DNA of 13,774 nucleotides from Pseudomonadota bacterium. Lineage in GTDB: Bacteria > Bdellovibrionota > FAC87 > UBA2466. Positions within the stretch are counted from its first letter, which is position 1. Each line of letters starts with the position of its first letter. Shown here in pieces: positions 1-8,409 of the stretch. The notes beneath the pieces were generated by a model that saw nothing but the letters and a program-made list of their open reading frames with translations, was not told the DNA's origin and did no database searches. The stretch is taken from assembly GCA_043718025.1 (NCBI GenBank), contig JAYSWN010000052.1, positions 1 through 13,774 on the forward strand, written 5' to 3'. Made by a program: the position numbers and the translations under genes.

Positions 1-287
1 CGTGACGTGATCATGAACTCTTGGCTGGTTGAACCTAAAGCCACCACCGAAGCGTCGGGCTCACCGGCATTTGTCACCATTTGGCGGAGATTTTCGGGAG
101 TCTTAGCTTCTTTAAACTTAACCTGAAGAACCGTGCCACCGGTGAAATCAACACCGTAATTAAGCCCTTTGGTGGCCACGCCCGCGATCGTAAGGCCCAG
201 TAGCAAAACTGAAAACCCGAGAAAGTAGGGAAATTTATCAATGAACTGAATATTGGTGTTTGTTGGAATTAGCTGAAAAAACTTCAT
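1..287 (-). CDS. secF: Protein translocase subunit SecF, N-terminal part (runs off the window edge)
   Basis: Not in the ORF track. Manual translation from ATG at 287 gives MKFFQLIPTNTNIQFIDKFPYFLGFSVLLLGLTIAGVATKGLNYGVDFTGGTVLQVKF..., with a TM helix followed by the SecF GLNYGVDFTGG motif. Lies 9 bp after the secD stop, with an SD-like AAGGGG overlapping that stop. Confidence 0.95.
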   Translation of the reverse strand, partial: MKFFQLIPTNTNIQFIDKFPYFLGFSVLLLGLTIAGVATKGLNYGVDFTGGTVLQVKFKEAKTPENLRQMVTNAGEPDASVVALGSTSQEFMITS

Positions 288-296
288 GGTAGCCCC

Positions 297-2066
297 TTAT
301 ACGCTGAGAGTTTGCAAGTTGCGTTTGTGAATGAAGCTGTCGAATACGAATCGCGTCACAAATACCGCGGTGTACAACGAAGCCGTAAGACCAATCAGTA
401 AAGTTACCGCAAACCCGCGAATTGGACCGTAGCCGAAACTCAAAAGCACGATGCCGGCTATAATTGAGGTTAAGTTACCGTCGAGAATAGCGGAAAAGGC
501 TCGTTCGTAACCCTCGGCCACGGACATGGCCACGCCTTTGCCAGTTCGCAGACACTCTCGAATGTGCTCAAAAATAAGCACGTTCGCATCCACCGCCATA
601 CCCAGCGTAAGCACGAGACCAGCCAGGCCGGGCAGAGTCAGCGTGCCTTCGAATGCCGCCATACACGCCAGTACGAAAAGACCGTTTAGGAAAAGCGCCA
701 TATTGGCAACCATTCCCGACCAGCGGTAGTAAATACCAATGAAGATAAACACCGCGCTCAATCCGGCGATGAGCGAAAGCACACCCGAACGAATGGCGTC
801 GGCGCCTAGCGACGGCCCCACTACGCGTTCTTCAAGAAATTCTAAACGTGCTGGCAGGGCTCCCGATCGGAGAACCAGCGAAGTGTCTTTTGCTTCGTTC
901 TGTATCTGCTCTGGCGATCGGCCATTGCCGCCCATCTCAATCATCGCGCGTCCGCCCCCAATCTTCTGCTTAATGCGCGGCGCAGAATTGACGTTACCAT
1001 CGAGTACAATCGCCATGTATTTATGAACGTTTTCGCCGGTCGCTTTTTCGAATTTAGTGGCGCCCGCCGGAGTTAGCTGAAAGTTCACAATCGGATCATT
1101 GGTTTCTTGATTGAAAGAGGTAGACGCGTCCTGCAGGTCCTCGCCGGTAACCAGGGCTTCGCGTTCAAGTACGTAAGGAATGTATTCCGATTCCTTCGTG
1201 TTCACATTTACCTTACGATGAAAAATAATTTCATTGCCTTTAGGTAATTTATCGGCGTAAAAAGCGTTGATCTGTTTCAAATAGACCGGCATGGGCGTTT
1301 TGATGTCAGGTCTAATGTTTTTTGCCGTTTGGAACTCCGTTACCCATCTTTGCAATTCAGTTTCGGTGGGGGCGCCATTTCCGCCACCCGGCTCTTCGGG
1401 CCCGCTACGCACAATCTGAAAAGACAGCTTCGCGGTGCGCGCCACAATGTCTTTCAAACGGCCAGGATCTTGAACTCCCGGAAACTGCAATAAGATCTTA
1501 TCTTCGCCGTGCCGCTGCAAAATCGGTTCGGCAATACCAAATTCGTCAATTCGATTGCGAAGTGTCTCAATCGACTGGTCGATGGCTCGGCGGCGCACTT
1601 CGGCGTCGTACATTGTAGAGATCTTCAGAGTGGTAGTGGTTTCGGTGCTGCCTTCGGGATCGACATATTCGCCGAGATATTTGCCAATGGTTGCATCCAA
1701 GCTCTTCAGAGCCGCTGCGTTCGGTGCGGTGGCAACTAAACGATTGGCGGCGGTGACTTCGAGCTGAATGTTCTCCACTTTATCAGTTTCGAGGCGTTCT
1801 TTAAGCTGGTTCTTAAGTTTGGTGACGGCGTCTTTTTGCACTTCGTTAAAGTCGATGCCAAGTACCAGATGCAAGCCGCCCATCAGGTCGAGTCCTAGCT
1901 TCAGCGTTTCGGAAGGGAGCCAGTGGGTGTACCAAGGGTCATCGGCTTTCGCGATCTTGGGAATCACCTTGCCGTAACGGAATTTAAGAAAAGAGGGTAT
2001 GAGTAGGTAAACTGCAAAAACTACCGAAAAACCTACTACCCAGCCGCGCCATTTCAGCCCCTTCAT
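297..2066 (-). CDS. secD: Protein translocase subunit SecD (589 aa)
   Basis: LKLGLDLMGG motif, LRNRIDEFGIAEP, LRSGALPA, VGPSLGAD, TLTLPGLAGLVLTLGMAVDANVLIFE, C-terminal TM helices. SD AAGGGAG upstream. Lies between yajC and secF. Confidence 0.98.
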   Translation of the reverse strand: MKGLKWRGWVVGFSVVFAVYLLIPSFLKFRYGKVIPKIAKADDPWYTHWLPSETLKLGLDLMGGLHLVLGIDFNEVQKDAVTKLKNQLKERLETDKVENIQLEVTAANRLVATAPNAAALKSLDATIGKYLGEYVDPEGSTETTTTLKISTMYDAEVRRRAIDQSIETLRNRIDEFGIAEPILQRHGEDKILLQFPGVQDPGRLKDIVARTAKLSFQIVRSGPEEPGGGNGAPTETELQRWVTEFQTAKNIRPDIKTPMPVYLKQINAFYADKLPKGNEIIFHRKVNVNTKESEYIPYVLEREALVTGEDLQDASTSFNQETNDPIVNFQLTPAGATKFEKATGENVHKYMAIVLDGNVNSAPRIKQKIGGGRAMIEMGGNGRSPEQIQNEAKDTSLVLRSGALPARLEFLEERVVGPSLGADAIRSGVLSLIAGLSAVFIFIGIYYRWSGMVANMALFLNGLFVLACMAAFEGTLTLPGLAGLVLTLGMAVDANVLIFEHIRECLRTGKGVAMSVAEGYERAFSAILDGNLTSIIAGIVLLSFGYGPIRGFAVTLLIGLTASLYTAVFVTRFVFDSFIHKRNLQTLSV

Positions 2067-2102
2067 GATGCTCCCTTACGATATGAAATTTTTAAAAATA
2101 AA

Positions 2103-2492
2103 TTAGGTGGTGGTAGAAATTGTTTTGCCGTTAGGTTCTTGTTTTAGCGAGGCAGCATTTTCTGCAATCGCACTACGCAAGATTTTAAGGCAGACGCCAT
2201 CATCCACTTCCATGGTCACAAACCGGTCGCTTAACGTCTTCACCGTACCGATAATTCCAGAGTTGGTGACGATCATGTCACCTTTTTTAAGCTCTTTCAG
2301 AAAGCCTTCGTGAAGTTTTTGCTTTTTTTGCTGCGGACGCAAAACCAAGAAGTAGAAGACACCAAAAATCAAAAGCAAGGGCACCATCGGGCCGAAACCC
2401 GGCTGGCCCGGCTTAGTGGTGTCGCCAAAGGCGGTGTTGGCCCAGAGTTGGCCAAGTAGGGTAACGCCGAAAAATTGGGAAATGAGGTTCAC
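2103..2492 (-). CDS. yajC: Preprotein translocase subunit YajC
   Basis: FYFLVLRPQQKKQK...LKKGDMIVTNSGIIGTV signature. GTG start preceded by SD AAGGAG in the end of tgt. Canonical tgt-yajC-secDF order. Confidence 0.95.
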   Translation of the reverse strand: MNLISQFFGVTLLGQLWANTAFGDTTKPGQPGFGPMVPLLLIFGVFYFLVLRPQQKKQKLHEGFLKELKKGDMIVTNSGIIGTVKTLSDRFVTMEVDDGVCLKILRSAIAENAASLKQEPNGKTISTTT

Positions 2493-2494
2493 GG

Positions 2495-3673
2495 TTACAT
2501 CTCTCCTTGAGGGTCGGTAAACAATAACCCGGGTGCTTTTTTAATTCCGCGCTCATAAGCGTCGGGATAGGCCCGTTTTAGTTGTGGCGACCGCTGTTCG
2601 TAAAAGTCAGGAAACTGCCTAATTTCAAGTACTTGGCGAATCTCCCGCATAAAGGCGTGATAGTAGTGGAGATTATGGATAGTGGCAAGACGACTTCCCA
2701 GCATCTCCTTGGTCGCAAAGAGGTGGCGGAGGTAACTGCGCGAGTAGTTTTGGCAGCAGTCGCAACCACAACTTTCAGCGACGGACTTCTCGCTATTTTT
2801 ATGTTCCGCATTGCGGATATTGAGCAGCCCCTCGTCGGTAAAAAAACCACCGTTGCGGGCGTTGCGGGTGGGCATCACGCAGTCGAACATGTCGATGCCC
2901 CGTTTCACTCCCTCTAATAGATCGCGCGGGGTTCCGACTCCCATAAGATAATGGGGAAGGGCGGGCGGCATCAGGGGCGCTAAATATTCTAACGTGTCCA
3001 TCATCTGCTGATGGGGCTCTCCGACACTCAGGCCCCCTACGGCTAAACCGTCGATTGGTAAACTGGCGGTAAGCTCTAGACTTTGGCGGCGCAAATTGAG
3101 ATCGACCCCCCCTTGAATGATGCCGAAGATTTTCTGCCCGTCCTTACGCGGGCACGCTAAAAATCGTTTGGCCCAACGGTAGCTAAGCTCTAGCGCCGAT
3201 TTTAATGCCGTTTCACTGGCGGGGAGCGCTACGCATTCATCGAGCACCATCGCAATGTCGCTGCCAATGGTGCGTTGAATCTCGGCCGATAGCTCTGGAG
3301 TAAGGTGCACTTTGGCGCCGTCTAAGTGCGAACGAAAGGTCACTCCCTCCTCGCTCATCTGGCGCCCTTCGGCGAGACTAAACACCTGGAAGCCACCGCT
3401 ATCGGTCAACAGCGGTCGATCCCAATTCATCCAGGCATGAAGCCCGCCGAACTGTTTTAGAACTTCAAGACCGGGGCGAAGGTAGAGATGGTAGGTGTTG
3501 CCCAAAATGATTTGGCTGCCCACCGCCTTGACCTCTTGGGGAGAAAGCGATTTCACGGCGCCGTAAGTGCCCACCGGCATGAATACTGGCGTTTCTACTA
3601 CGCCGTGGGCAAGCGTTAGCCGGCCACGACGGGCGTGTCCTTGCTGCTCTAAGACTTGGAATAGGGGTGCCAT
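2495..3673 (-). CDS. tgt: tRNA-guanine(34) transglycosylase (queuine tRNA-ribosyltransferase), bacterial preQ1-inserting type
   Basis: TPVFMPVGT, ILGNTYHL, LTDSGGFQVFSL, LDEC, GIIQGG, GGLSVGE, YLMGVG, DMFDCVMPTRNARNG and zinc site CGCDCC...HNL. The Cys in DEC and Val in SVGE match the preQ1-specific bacterial pocket. Confidence 0.98.
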   Translation of the reverse strand: MAPLFQVLEQQGHARRGRLTLAHGVVETPVFMPVGTYGAVKSLSPQEVKAVGSQIILGNTYHLYLRPGLEVLKQFGGLHAWMNWDRPLLTDSGGFQVFSLAEGRQMSEEGVTFRSHLDGAKVHLTPELSAEIQRTIGSDIAMVLDECVALPASETALKSALELSYRWAKRFLACPRKDGQKIFGIIQGGVDLNLRRQSLELTASLPIDGLAVGGLSVGEPHQQMMDTLEYLAPLMPPALPHYLMGVGTPRDLLEGVKRGIDMFDCVMPTRNARNGGFFTDEGLLNIRNAEHKNSEKSVAESCGCDCCQNYSRSYLRHLFATKEMLGSRLATIHNLHYYHAFMREIRQVLEIRQFPDFYEQRSPQLKRAYPDAYERGIKKAPGLLFTDPQGEM

Positions 3674-3723
3674 TTGGGGCGGGTTGTATGTTATTTTTCA
3701 TTGCGAAAGCAACCAGCAAAAAA

Positions 3724-4188
3724 ATGACGACACTTCCCGAAAAAATTCTTCCCGTTGCCGCCGTCAACGCGGCTATTTTCAACTCAAAAAATGAAGTACT
3801 GCTCACTCGCCGATCAGCGATGGTACGTGAGCCCGGCAAGTGGTGCTTGCCCGGTGGCCATTTTGAGGGAGGTGAGACTTGGGTTGAAGCGATGCGGCGC
3901 GAAACTTTTGAAGAGGTGGGAATTGAAGTGTTGGAGGAGCGACTGATCGGCATTTACTCAGACCCCCAACTTACGGTGACCAGCCAGGCTGCGAAAGATG
4001 GTTTCCACCGGCAGTTTTTGGCGATTCTTTTCGAGGTCACCCGCTTCAAAGGAGAGGTAAAGCCTAATGAAGAGGTCGACCAGTGGGGTTGGTACCACCT
4101 GAATAATCTTCCCGAGCCTATGCTGCGCTCTCACCCCATACGCGTTCAGGACGCCATTGCCAGATCTCCCTTTGTTTTTGTGCGGTGA
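3724..4188 (+). CDS. Nudix hydrolase (154 aa), substrate unknown
   Basis: Complete Nudix box GHFEGGETWVEAMRRETFEEVGI (GX5EX7REUXEEXGU), preceded by VLLTRR...GKWCLPG. Start set at ATG 3724 because the track start (3667) overlaps the tgt start codon. Confidence 0.9.
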   Translation: MTTLPEKILPVAAVNAAIFNSKNEVLLTRRSAMVREPGKWCLPGGHFEGGETWVEAMRRETFEEVGIEVLEERLIGIYSDPQLTVTSQAAKDGFHRQFLAILFEVTRFKGEVKPNEEVDQWGWYHLNNLPEPMLRSHPIRVQDAIARSPFVFVR

Positions 4189-4194
4189 GGGGAA

Positions 4195-4437
4195 TTAGAC
4201 CTTAGTGAAGCGCGGAACAGTTTTTCCTTCCAAACCAGTTACGTTTTCAAAAAACATGCTTAAGGGTCGCGCCCAAAGCTTGCCCATCGGGTTGTCGTAA
4301 AGCGCTTCGTATAAAACCATCTCCTCGCAGCTTTCGCTATGGCGTCCCAGACCGATAATTCGGTAACGGTTTCCTTTGAAGTGAATGTAAACGTCACCCG
4401 CTTTGAGCGCGGAAATGTCACCTTCTGAGTTTTCCAT
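4195..4437 (-). CDS. DUF1653 domain protein (80 aa)
   Basis: Family pattern YIHFKGNRY...HSESCEEMVLYEALY...LWARPLSMF...PRF. Confidence 0.88.
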   Translation of the reverse strand: MENSEGDISALKAGDVYIHFKGNRYRIIGLGRHSESCEEMVLYEALYDNPMGKLWARPLSMFFENVTGLEGKTVPRFTKV

Positions 4438-4490
4438 TATCAGCCATTACGGTTTTTCGGTTTGTAGCGTCAAGAAAATAGGCGGAAAGC

Positions 4491-5093
4491 TTATGGTTTC
4501 ACCAGATCTTCAAACGATTTCGAATCACCCATGCGGGAGTTAAGGGCGTCCCATATAAAAATATTATTGGTGTTTGCGCCCGGGTCATCACCGATATCTT
4601 CAAGGCGGCCGAATTCGTGTACCACCACATCGCGTCGCTGAGCGGACGAGGAGGCAAAAAATTCATCGCATAAATTGATGGTGGAGTGAACGAAACCCAG
4701 GGTGACATTCACAAACGCCACGGTCTCCTGTTGAGTTCCACAGCGCCCGTGTTTGTAAAAACTTACGCCGCTTTTAGTGCAGGCGGCAAAGCGGCGTCTG
4801 AGTGCTTTGCGGTAAAACCCTTCATTTGCAAAAAGGACTTTGAAATTTTGACCGTACTTGAATTCGTTTTTAAGCCGCGCCATTTGATTTTCAATCAGAT
4901 AAAGAGAGCGGTGAATAACCCGACAAGCCTCTTGACTGTCGCTGCTGAGATCCCGGCGCCAACTGATCGGCGCCGCGGCCTCGTTGCTCATTTTCATCGC
5001 GCCAGAATAAAAAGTATCATTAGTAGGACGCGGCACCGCCATCGACGCCGTACACCACGCAAGTCCCAAAGCAAAACCTAAGTTTCCACGCAT
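4491..5093 (-). CDS. Secreted protein resembling M35/aspzincin (lysine-specific metalloendopeptidase-like) proteins, with degenerate zinc motif HEFGR
   Basis: ATG 5093 follows SD GGGGGA and is preferred over TTG 5108. N-terminal signal-peptide-like segment, then C-x6-AFV...INLCDEFF...VVVHEFGR-x4-GD, the motif order I recall for aspzincins. Four Cys in the mature part. The CDS is well supported; the family call is by eye. Confidence 0.55.
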   Translation of the reverse strand: MRGNLGFALGLAWCTASMAVPRPTNDTFYSGAMKMSNEAAAPISWRRDLSSDSQEACRVIHRSLYLIENQMARLKNEFKYGQNFKVLFANEGFYRKALRRRFAACTKSGVSFYKHGRCGTQQETVAFVNVTLGFVHSTINLCDEFFASSSAQRRDVVVHEFGRLEDIGDDPGANTNNIFIWDALNSRMGDSKSFEDLVKP

Positions 5094-5128
5094 TTGATTT
5101 TCCCCCAAAGAGTGCGGGGTAACATAGA

Positions 5129-5143
5129 GTCGCGTCGCGTCGC
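5129..5143. repeat. (GTCGC)x3 pentanucleotide tandem repeat upstream of the M35-like gene
   Basis: gtcgcgtcgcgtcgc read directly at 5129-5143. Confidence 0.7.
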
Positions 5144-5189
5144 CAAAGCGAAACGTGAATTGTGTTAACCAAGCACTAGTCGAGCTGCG

Positions 5190-5897
5190 TCATGGAATTT
5201 TCGACCACAAGATCGGTAGGGGGGCAGGATCTATTTTACCGTCAAAAAAGATCGCGGTTTGGTGAAGCTTTTCATTCTTGGCGCCTAAGTCGTGCCAGCG
5301 GATCATGAAGTCAGTAAGCGCAATATAGCCACGCGCGCCACCGAGCGATGGGTCCATGAAATAAATATTTTGTTCATCAAGGCCAATCACCACCATGTAA
5401 TGACCGGCATCCCAAATGGCCGCATAGTCTTTACTGCCTTTATCGTCGTGGGCCTGACACTCGATCACTACGGTCTGCGCTTTGGCCAAGGCCAGAGCGA
5501 TTTCCGTTAGCGGGACGTTGTGTTTTACCTCTGCTTTGATTCCAATTTGATTTGAGAACGCCGCCATTTTATGATGATCGGTACCCTCTTTCGGGTTGGA
5601 GGCCATCGCTTTAATTAACGCTTCTTCCGTGTAGAGCTTTCCGTAATAGGCAAAAACACTTTGCATGGCCGCCGGACCACACGAGTAATTGGTAGATTGG
5701 GCGGCCAGAGGGACGCCCCACAATATTTTTGTGGTCGCCGGAAGGGTGATGCCGGCGTCGTCGGCTTGGCTAGGGACGATGCGATTCTCACCAGCCCGAA
5801 TCTTGGGCAAGCTGCCACCTTTGGGTTTCTCCCCGCATTGGACTAGTGAAAAAAGCGTAACGAGAAAAAGGAAAAATCGAATGGTGTGCTTGAACAT
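5190..5897 (-). CDS. Stand-alone C39-family (papain-like) cysteine peptidase, exported, possibly a lipoprotein
   Basis: Q67-STNYS-C73-GPAA oxyanion/nucleophile motif, GH166YMVVIG, YFMD182P. Basic-hydrophobic N-terminus ending LVQC21 (non-canonical lipobox). No ABC-transporter domains. Confidence 0.85.
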   Translation of the reverse strand: MFKHTIRFFLFLVTLFSLVQCGEKPKGGSLPKIRAGENRIVPSQADDAGITLPATTKILWGVPLAAQSTNYSCGPAAMQSVFAYYGKLYTEEALIKAMASNPKEGTDHHKMAAFSNQIGIKAEVKHNVPLTEIALALAKAQTVVIECQAHDDKGSKDYAAIWDAGHYMVVIGLDEQNIYFMDPSLGGARGYIALTDFMIRWHDLGAKNEKLHQTAIFFDGKIDPAPLPILWSKIP

Positions 5898-6001
5898 TGT
5901 TTAGATCTCCGCCTAAGCTCCTAAGGAGATACTCATCCGGGGCGGTAGAAAAGCCGCAGCGTTTCATAGCCGCAACAATGGGTGCAAACGGGCAATAGGC
6001 T

Positions 6002-8344
6002 TTACTGAGGGCGAGTTGATTTATAACTGTCCGATTTATGAATTTCGAGCACCGTGATCATGGCCATGTTCACAATCTCATCTACGTCGGCGGACCGTTG
6101 TAATACGTTGATGGGTTTATTCATGCCGACCAGAATGGGGCCAATCGCTTCGGCTCCGCCCACTCGCTGCAGTAGTTTATAGCAAATGTTCGCCGATTGA
6201 AGATCGGGAAAAATAAGCACGTTTGCTCCCCCTTTGATTTCACAGAAGGGAAACGTCTCCTCCATGATTTCGGGCGAGACGGCAGTATCGGCCTGCATTT
6301 CACCATCTACCAGAATGTCTGGGCGCCGTAGCTTCACCAGCCGCGTTGCTTCGCGCACCTTTAATGCGGAAGGGTGGTTGTTGCTGCCAAAGTTGCTAAA
6401 GCTGAGCATGGCCACTTTGGGTTCGATATCAAAAAACCTCGCCTCTTCCGCGCAACAAATGGCGATATCCGCCAAATCGGTAGCGGTGGGATCGATGTTA
6501 ACGGTGGTGTCGGCCAAAAATAGAATACGTTCTTTGAACAGCATCATGTAGATGCCCGAAATTTTCATTCCCTTGCGGGCTCCCACCGTCTGCAAAAACG
6601 GTCGGATGGTGTCCGGATAGCTCTGCGTTACGCCCGAGAGTAGGCCGTCAGCGTCACCGCGTCGTACCATCATCGAGCCGTAGTAGTTTTCGTTTTTCAT
6701 CAAAGAAAAACATTGCTCACGAGTGTAGCCGCTGCGCTGTCGCTGCTCCCAAAATTCATTGGCGTAAATGAGCCGTTCTTCAGCTGCGGAAGGCGCAATG
6801 ATGGCCACCTTATCCAAATTGACCAGCCCCAATTTCTCAATCTGCGCTTTTACGCGCTTTTCGTTGCCGAGCAAAATGGGATTGGCGATGCCTTCCGCCA
6901 CAATAATGTCGGCGGCGCGAAGGATCTTTTGGTTAGAGCCCTCGGGAAATACGATCTTGGGGAGAGGACGGCCCGAGTGCTCTTCTTCATCGAGCACGAT
7001 CTTCTCTTTAATCGAGCGTACGAAGCTTTGGCGAATGCCAAGTCGCTTCTCCAATACGGCGACGTATTCGTCTAAATCAATTTGAATGCGCGCCACGCCT
7101 GAATCCATTGCTGCTTTGGCAACCGCCGGCGCCACCCAGAGTAGAACCCGTGAATCAAATGGCTTGGGAATAATGTACTCGGGCCCGAATTTGAAGCGTT
7201 TGCCACCGTAGGCTTTTGAAACCACTTCCGGAACTTCCTGTTTCGCCAACTTCGACAACGCATGCACGGCCGCAATCTTCATCTCTTCGTTGATCTGTTT
7301 GGCGCGTACGTCGAGGGCCCCGCGAAAAATAAAGGGAAAACCTAAGACGTTATTCACTTGATTCGGATAATCGGAGCGGCCGGTCGCAAAAATGAGATCT
7401 TCACGGGCGGCTTTGGCTTCGTGGTAATCAATTTCTGGATCGGGATTGGCCATGGCAAACACCACGGGGTTTTTCGCCATGGAGCGAACCATATCTTGAG
7501 TTACCGCCCCCTTTGCCGACAAGCCTACAAAAACATCGGCGTCGACCATCGCTTCGGTTAGGGTGCGTACTTTCTGCTTGGTGGCGAAGGGCACCTTGTA
7601 CTTATTCATCCCCGTTTCGCGCCCCTCGTAAATCACCCCATGGGTGTCGCACATTACGATGTTTTCGCGCTTGGCGCCGAGACTGATATAGAGATTGGCG
7701 CAAGAAATGGCGGAGGCGCCGGCGCCGTTAAAAACGATTTTAACTTTATCGAGGGCTTTGCCGGTAACTTCACAGGCGTTGATAAAGGCCGCGCAAGAGA
7801 TGATGGCCGTGCCATGCTGGTCGTCATGGAACACGGGAATGTTCATGGTCTCTTTAAGTTTTTCTTCGATATAGAAACACTCAGGGGCCTTAATGTCTTC
7901 TAGATTGATGCCGCCAAAAGTTGGCTCGAGCAGCCGCACGCACTCAATAAATTTGTCGGGGTCTTCGGTGCCCACTTCGATATCAAACACGTCGATATCG
8001 GCAAAGCGCTTAAAGAGAACTCCTTTGCCCTCCATGACCGGTTTGCTGGCCTGAGCGCCTAAATTACCCAGACCTAGCACCGCGGTGCCGTTGCTGATTA
8101 CCGCCACTAAGTTGCCTTTGGCGGTGTACTTGAAAACGTCGTCTGGATTGCGAAAAATTTCCATGCACGGCAGAGCGACTCCTGGCGAATAGGCCAACGA
8201 TAGGTCGCGCTGAGTGCGGCAAGGTTTGGACGGAATGACTTCGATTTTTCCCGGTCGGCCTTGGCTATGGTAATCAAGTGCTTCTTTAGGAGATTCTTTT
8301 TTTGTCGTCACAGTGGCGGAGACTTTAAACCCCTTCCTTAGCAA
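6002..8344 (-). CDS. maeB: NADP-dependent malic enzyme MaeB (malic enzyme fused to a phosphotransacetylase-like domain); exact start uncertain
   Basis: ALDYH...[102 protein letters not shown]-terminal PTA-like domain with [33 protein letters not shown]. Confidence 0.97.
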   Translation of the reverse strand: MLRKGFKVSATVTTKKESPKEALDYHSQGRPGKIEVIPSKPCRTQRDLSLAYSPGVALPCMEIFRNPDDVFKYTAKGNLVAVISNGTAVLGLGNLGAQASKPVMEGKGVLFKRFADIDVFDIEVGTEDPDKFIECVRLLEPTFGGINLEDIKAPECFYIEEKLKETMNIPVFHDDQHGTAIISCAAFINACEVTGKALDKVKIVFNGAGASAISCANLYISLGAKRENIVMCDTHGVIYEGRETGMNKYKVPFATKQKVRTLTEAMVDADVFVGLSAKGAVTQDMVRSMAKNPVVFAMANPDPEIDYHEAKAAREDLIFATGRSDYPNQVNNVLGFPFIFRGALDVRAKQINEEMKIAAVHALSKLAKQEVPEVVSKAYGGKRFKFGPEYIIPKPFDSRVLLWVAPAVAKAAMDSGVARIQIDLDEYVAVLEKRLGIRQSFVRSIKEKIVLDEEEHSGRPLPKIVFPEGSNQKILRAADIIVAEGIANPILLGNEKRVKAQIEKLGLVNLDKVAIIAPSAAEERLIYANEFWEQRQRSGYTREQCFSLMKNENYYGSMMVRRGDADGLLSGVTQSYPDTIRPFLQTVGARKGMKISGIYMMLFKERILFLADTTVNIDPTATDLADIAICCAEEARFFDIEPKVAMLSFSNFGSNNHPSALKVREATRLVKLRRPDILVDGEMQADTAVSPEIMEETFPFCEIKGGANVLIFPDLQSANICYKLLQRVGGAEAIGPILVGMNKPINVLQRSADVDEIVNMAMITVLEIHKSDSYKSTRPQ

Positions 8345-8409
8345 TTGCCAAGTAGGGGTTTAATCTAAAGATTCTGCTTTTTATTAGGATGCGTTAGGCG
8401 CGCTCGCTT

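Noticed and set aside
1376..1390. GGGNG in the SecD periplasmic loop echoing the repeat peptide's GGNG
   Set aside because: It is a single low-complexity 4-aa match in a flexible loop, and chance is a sufficient explanation.
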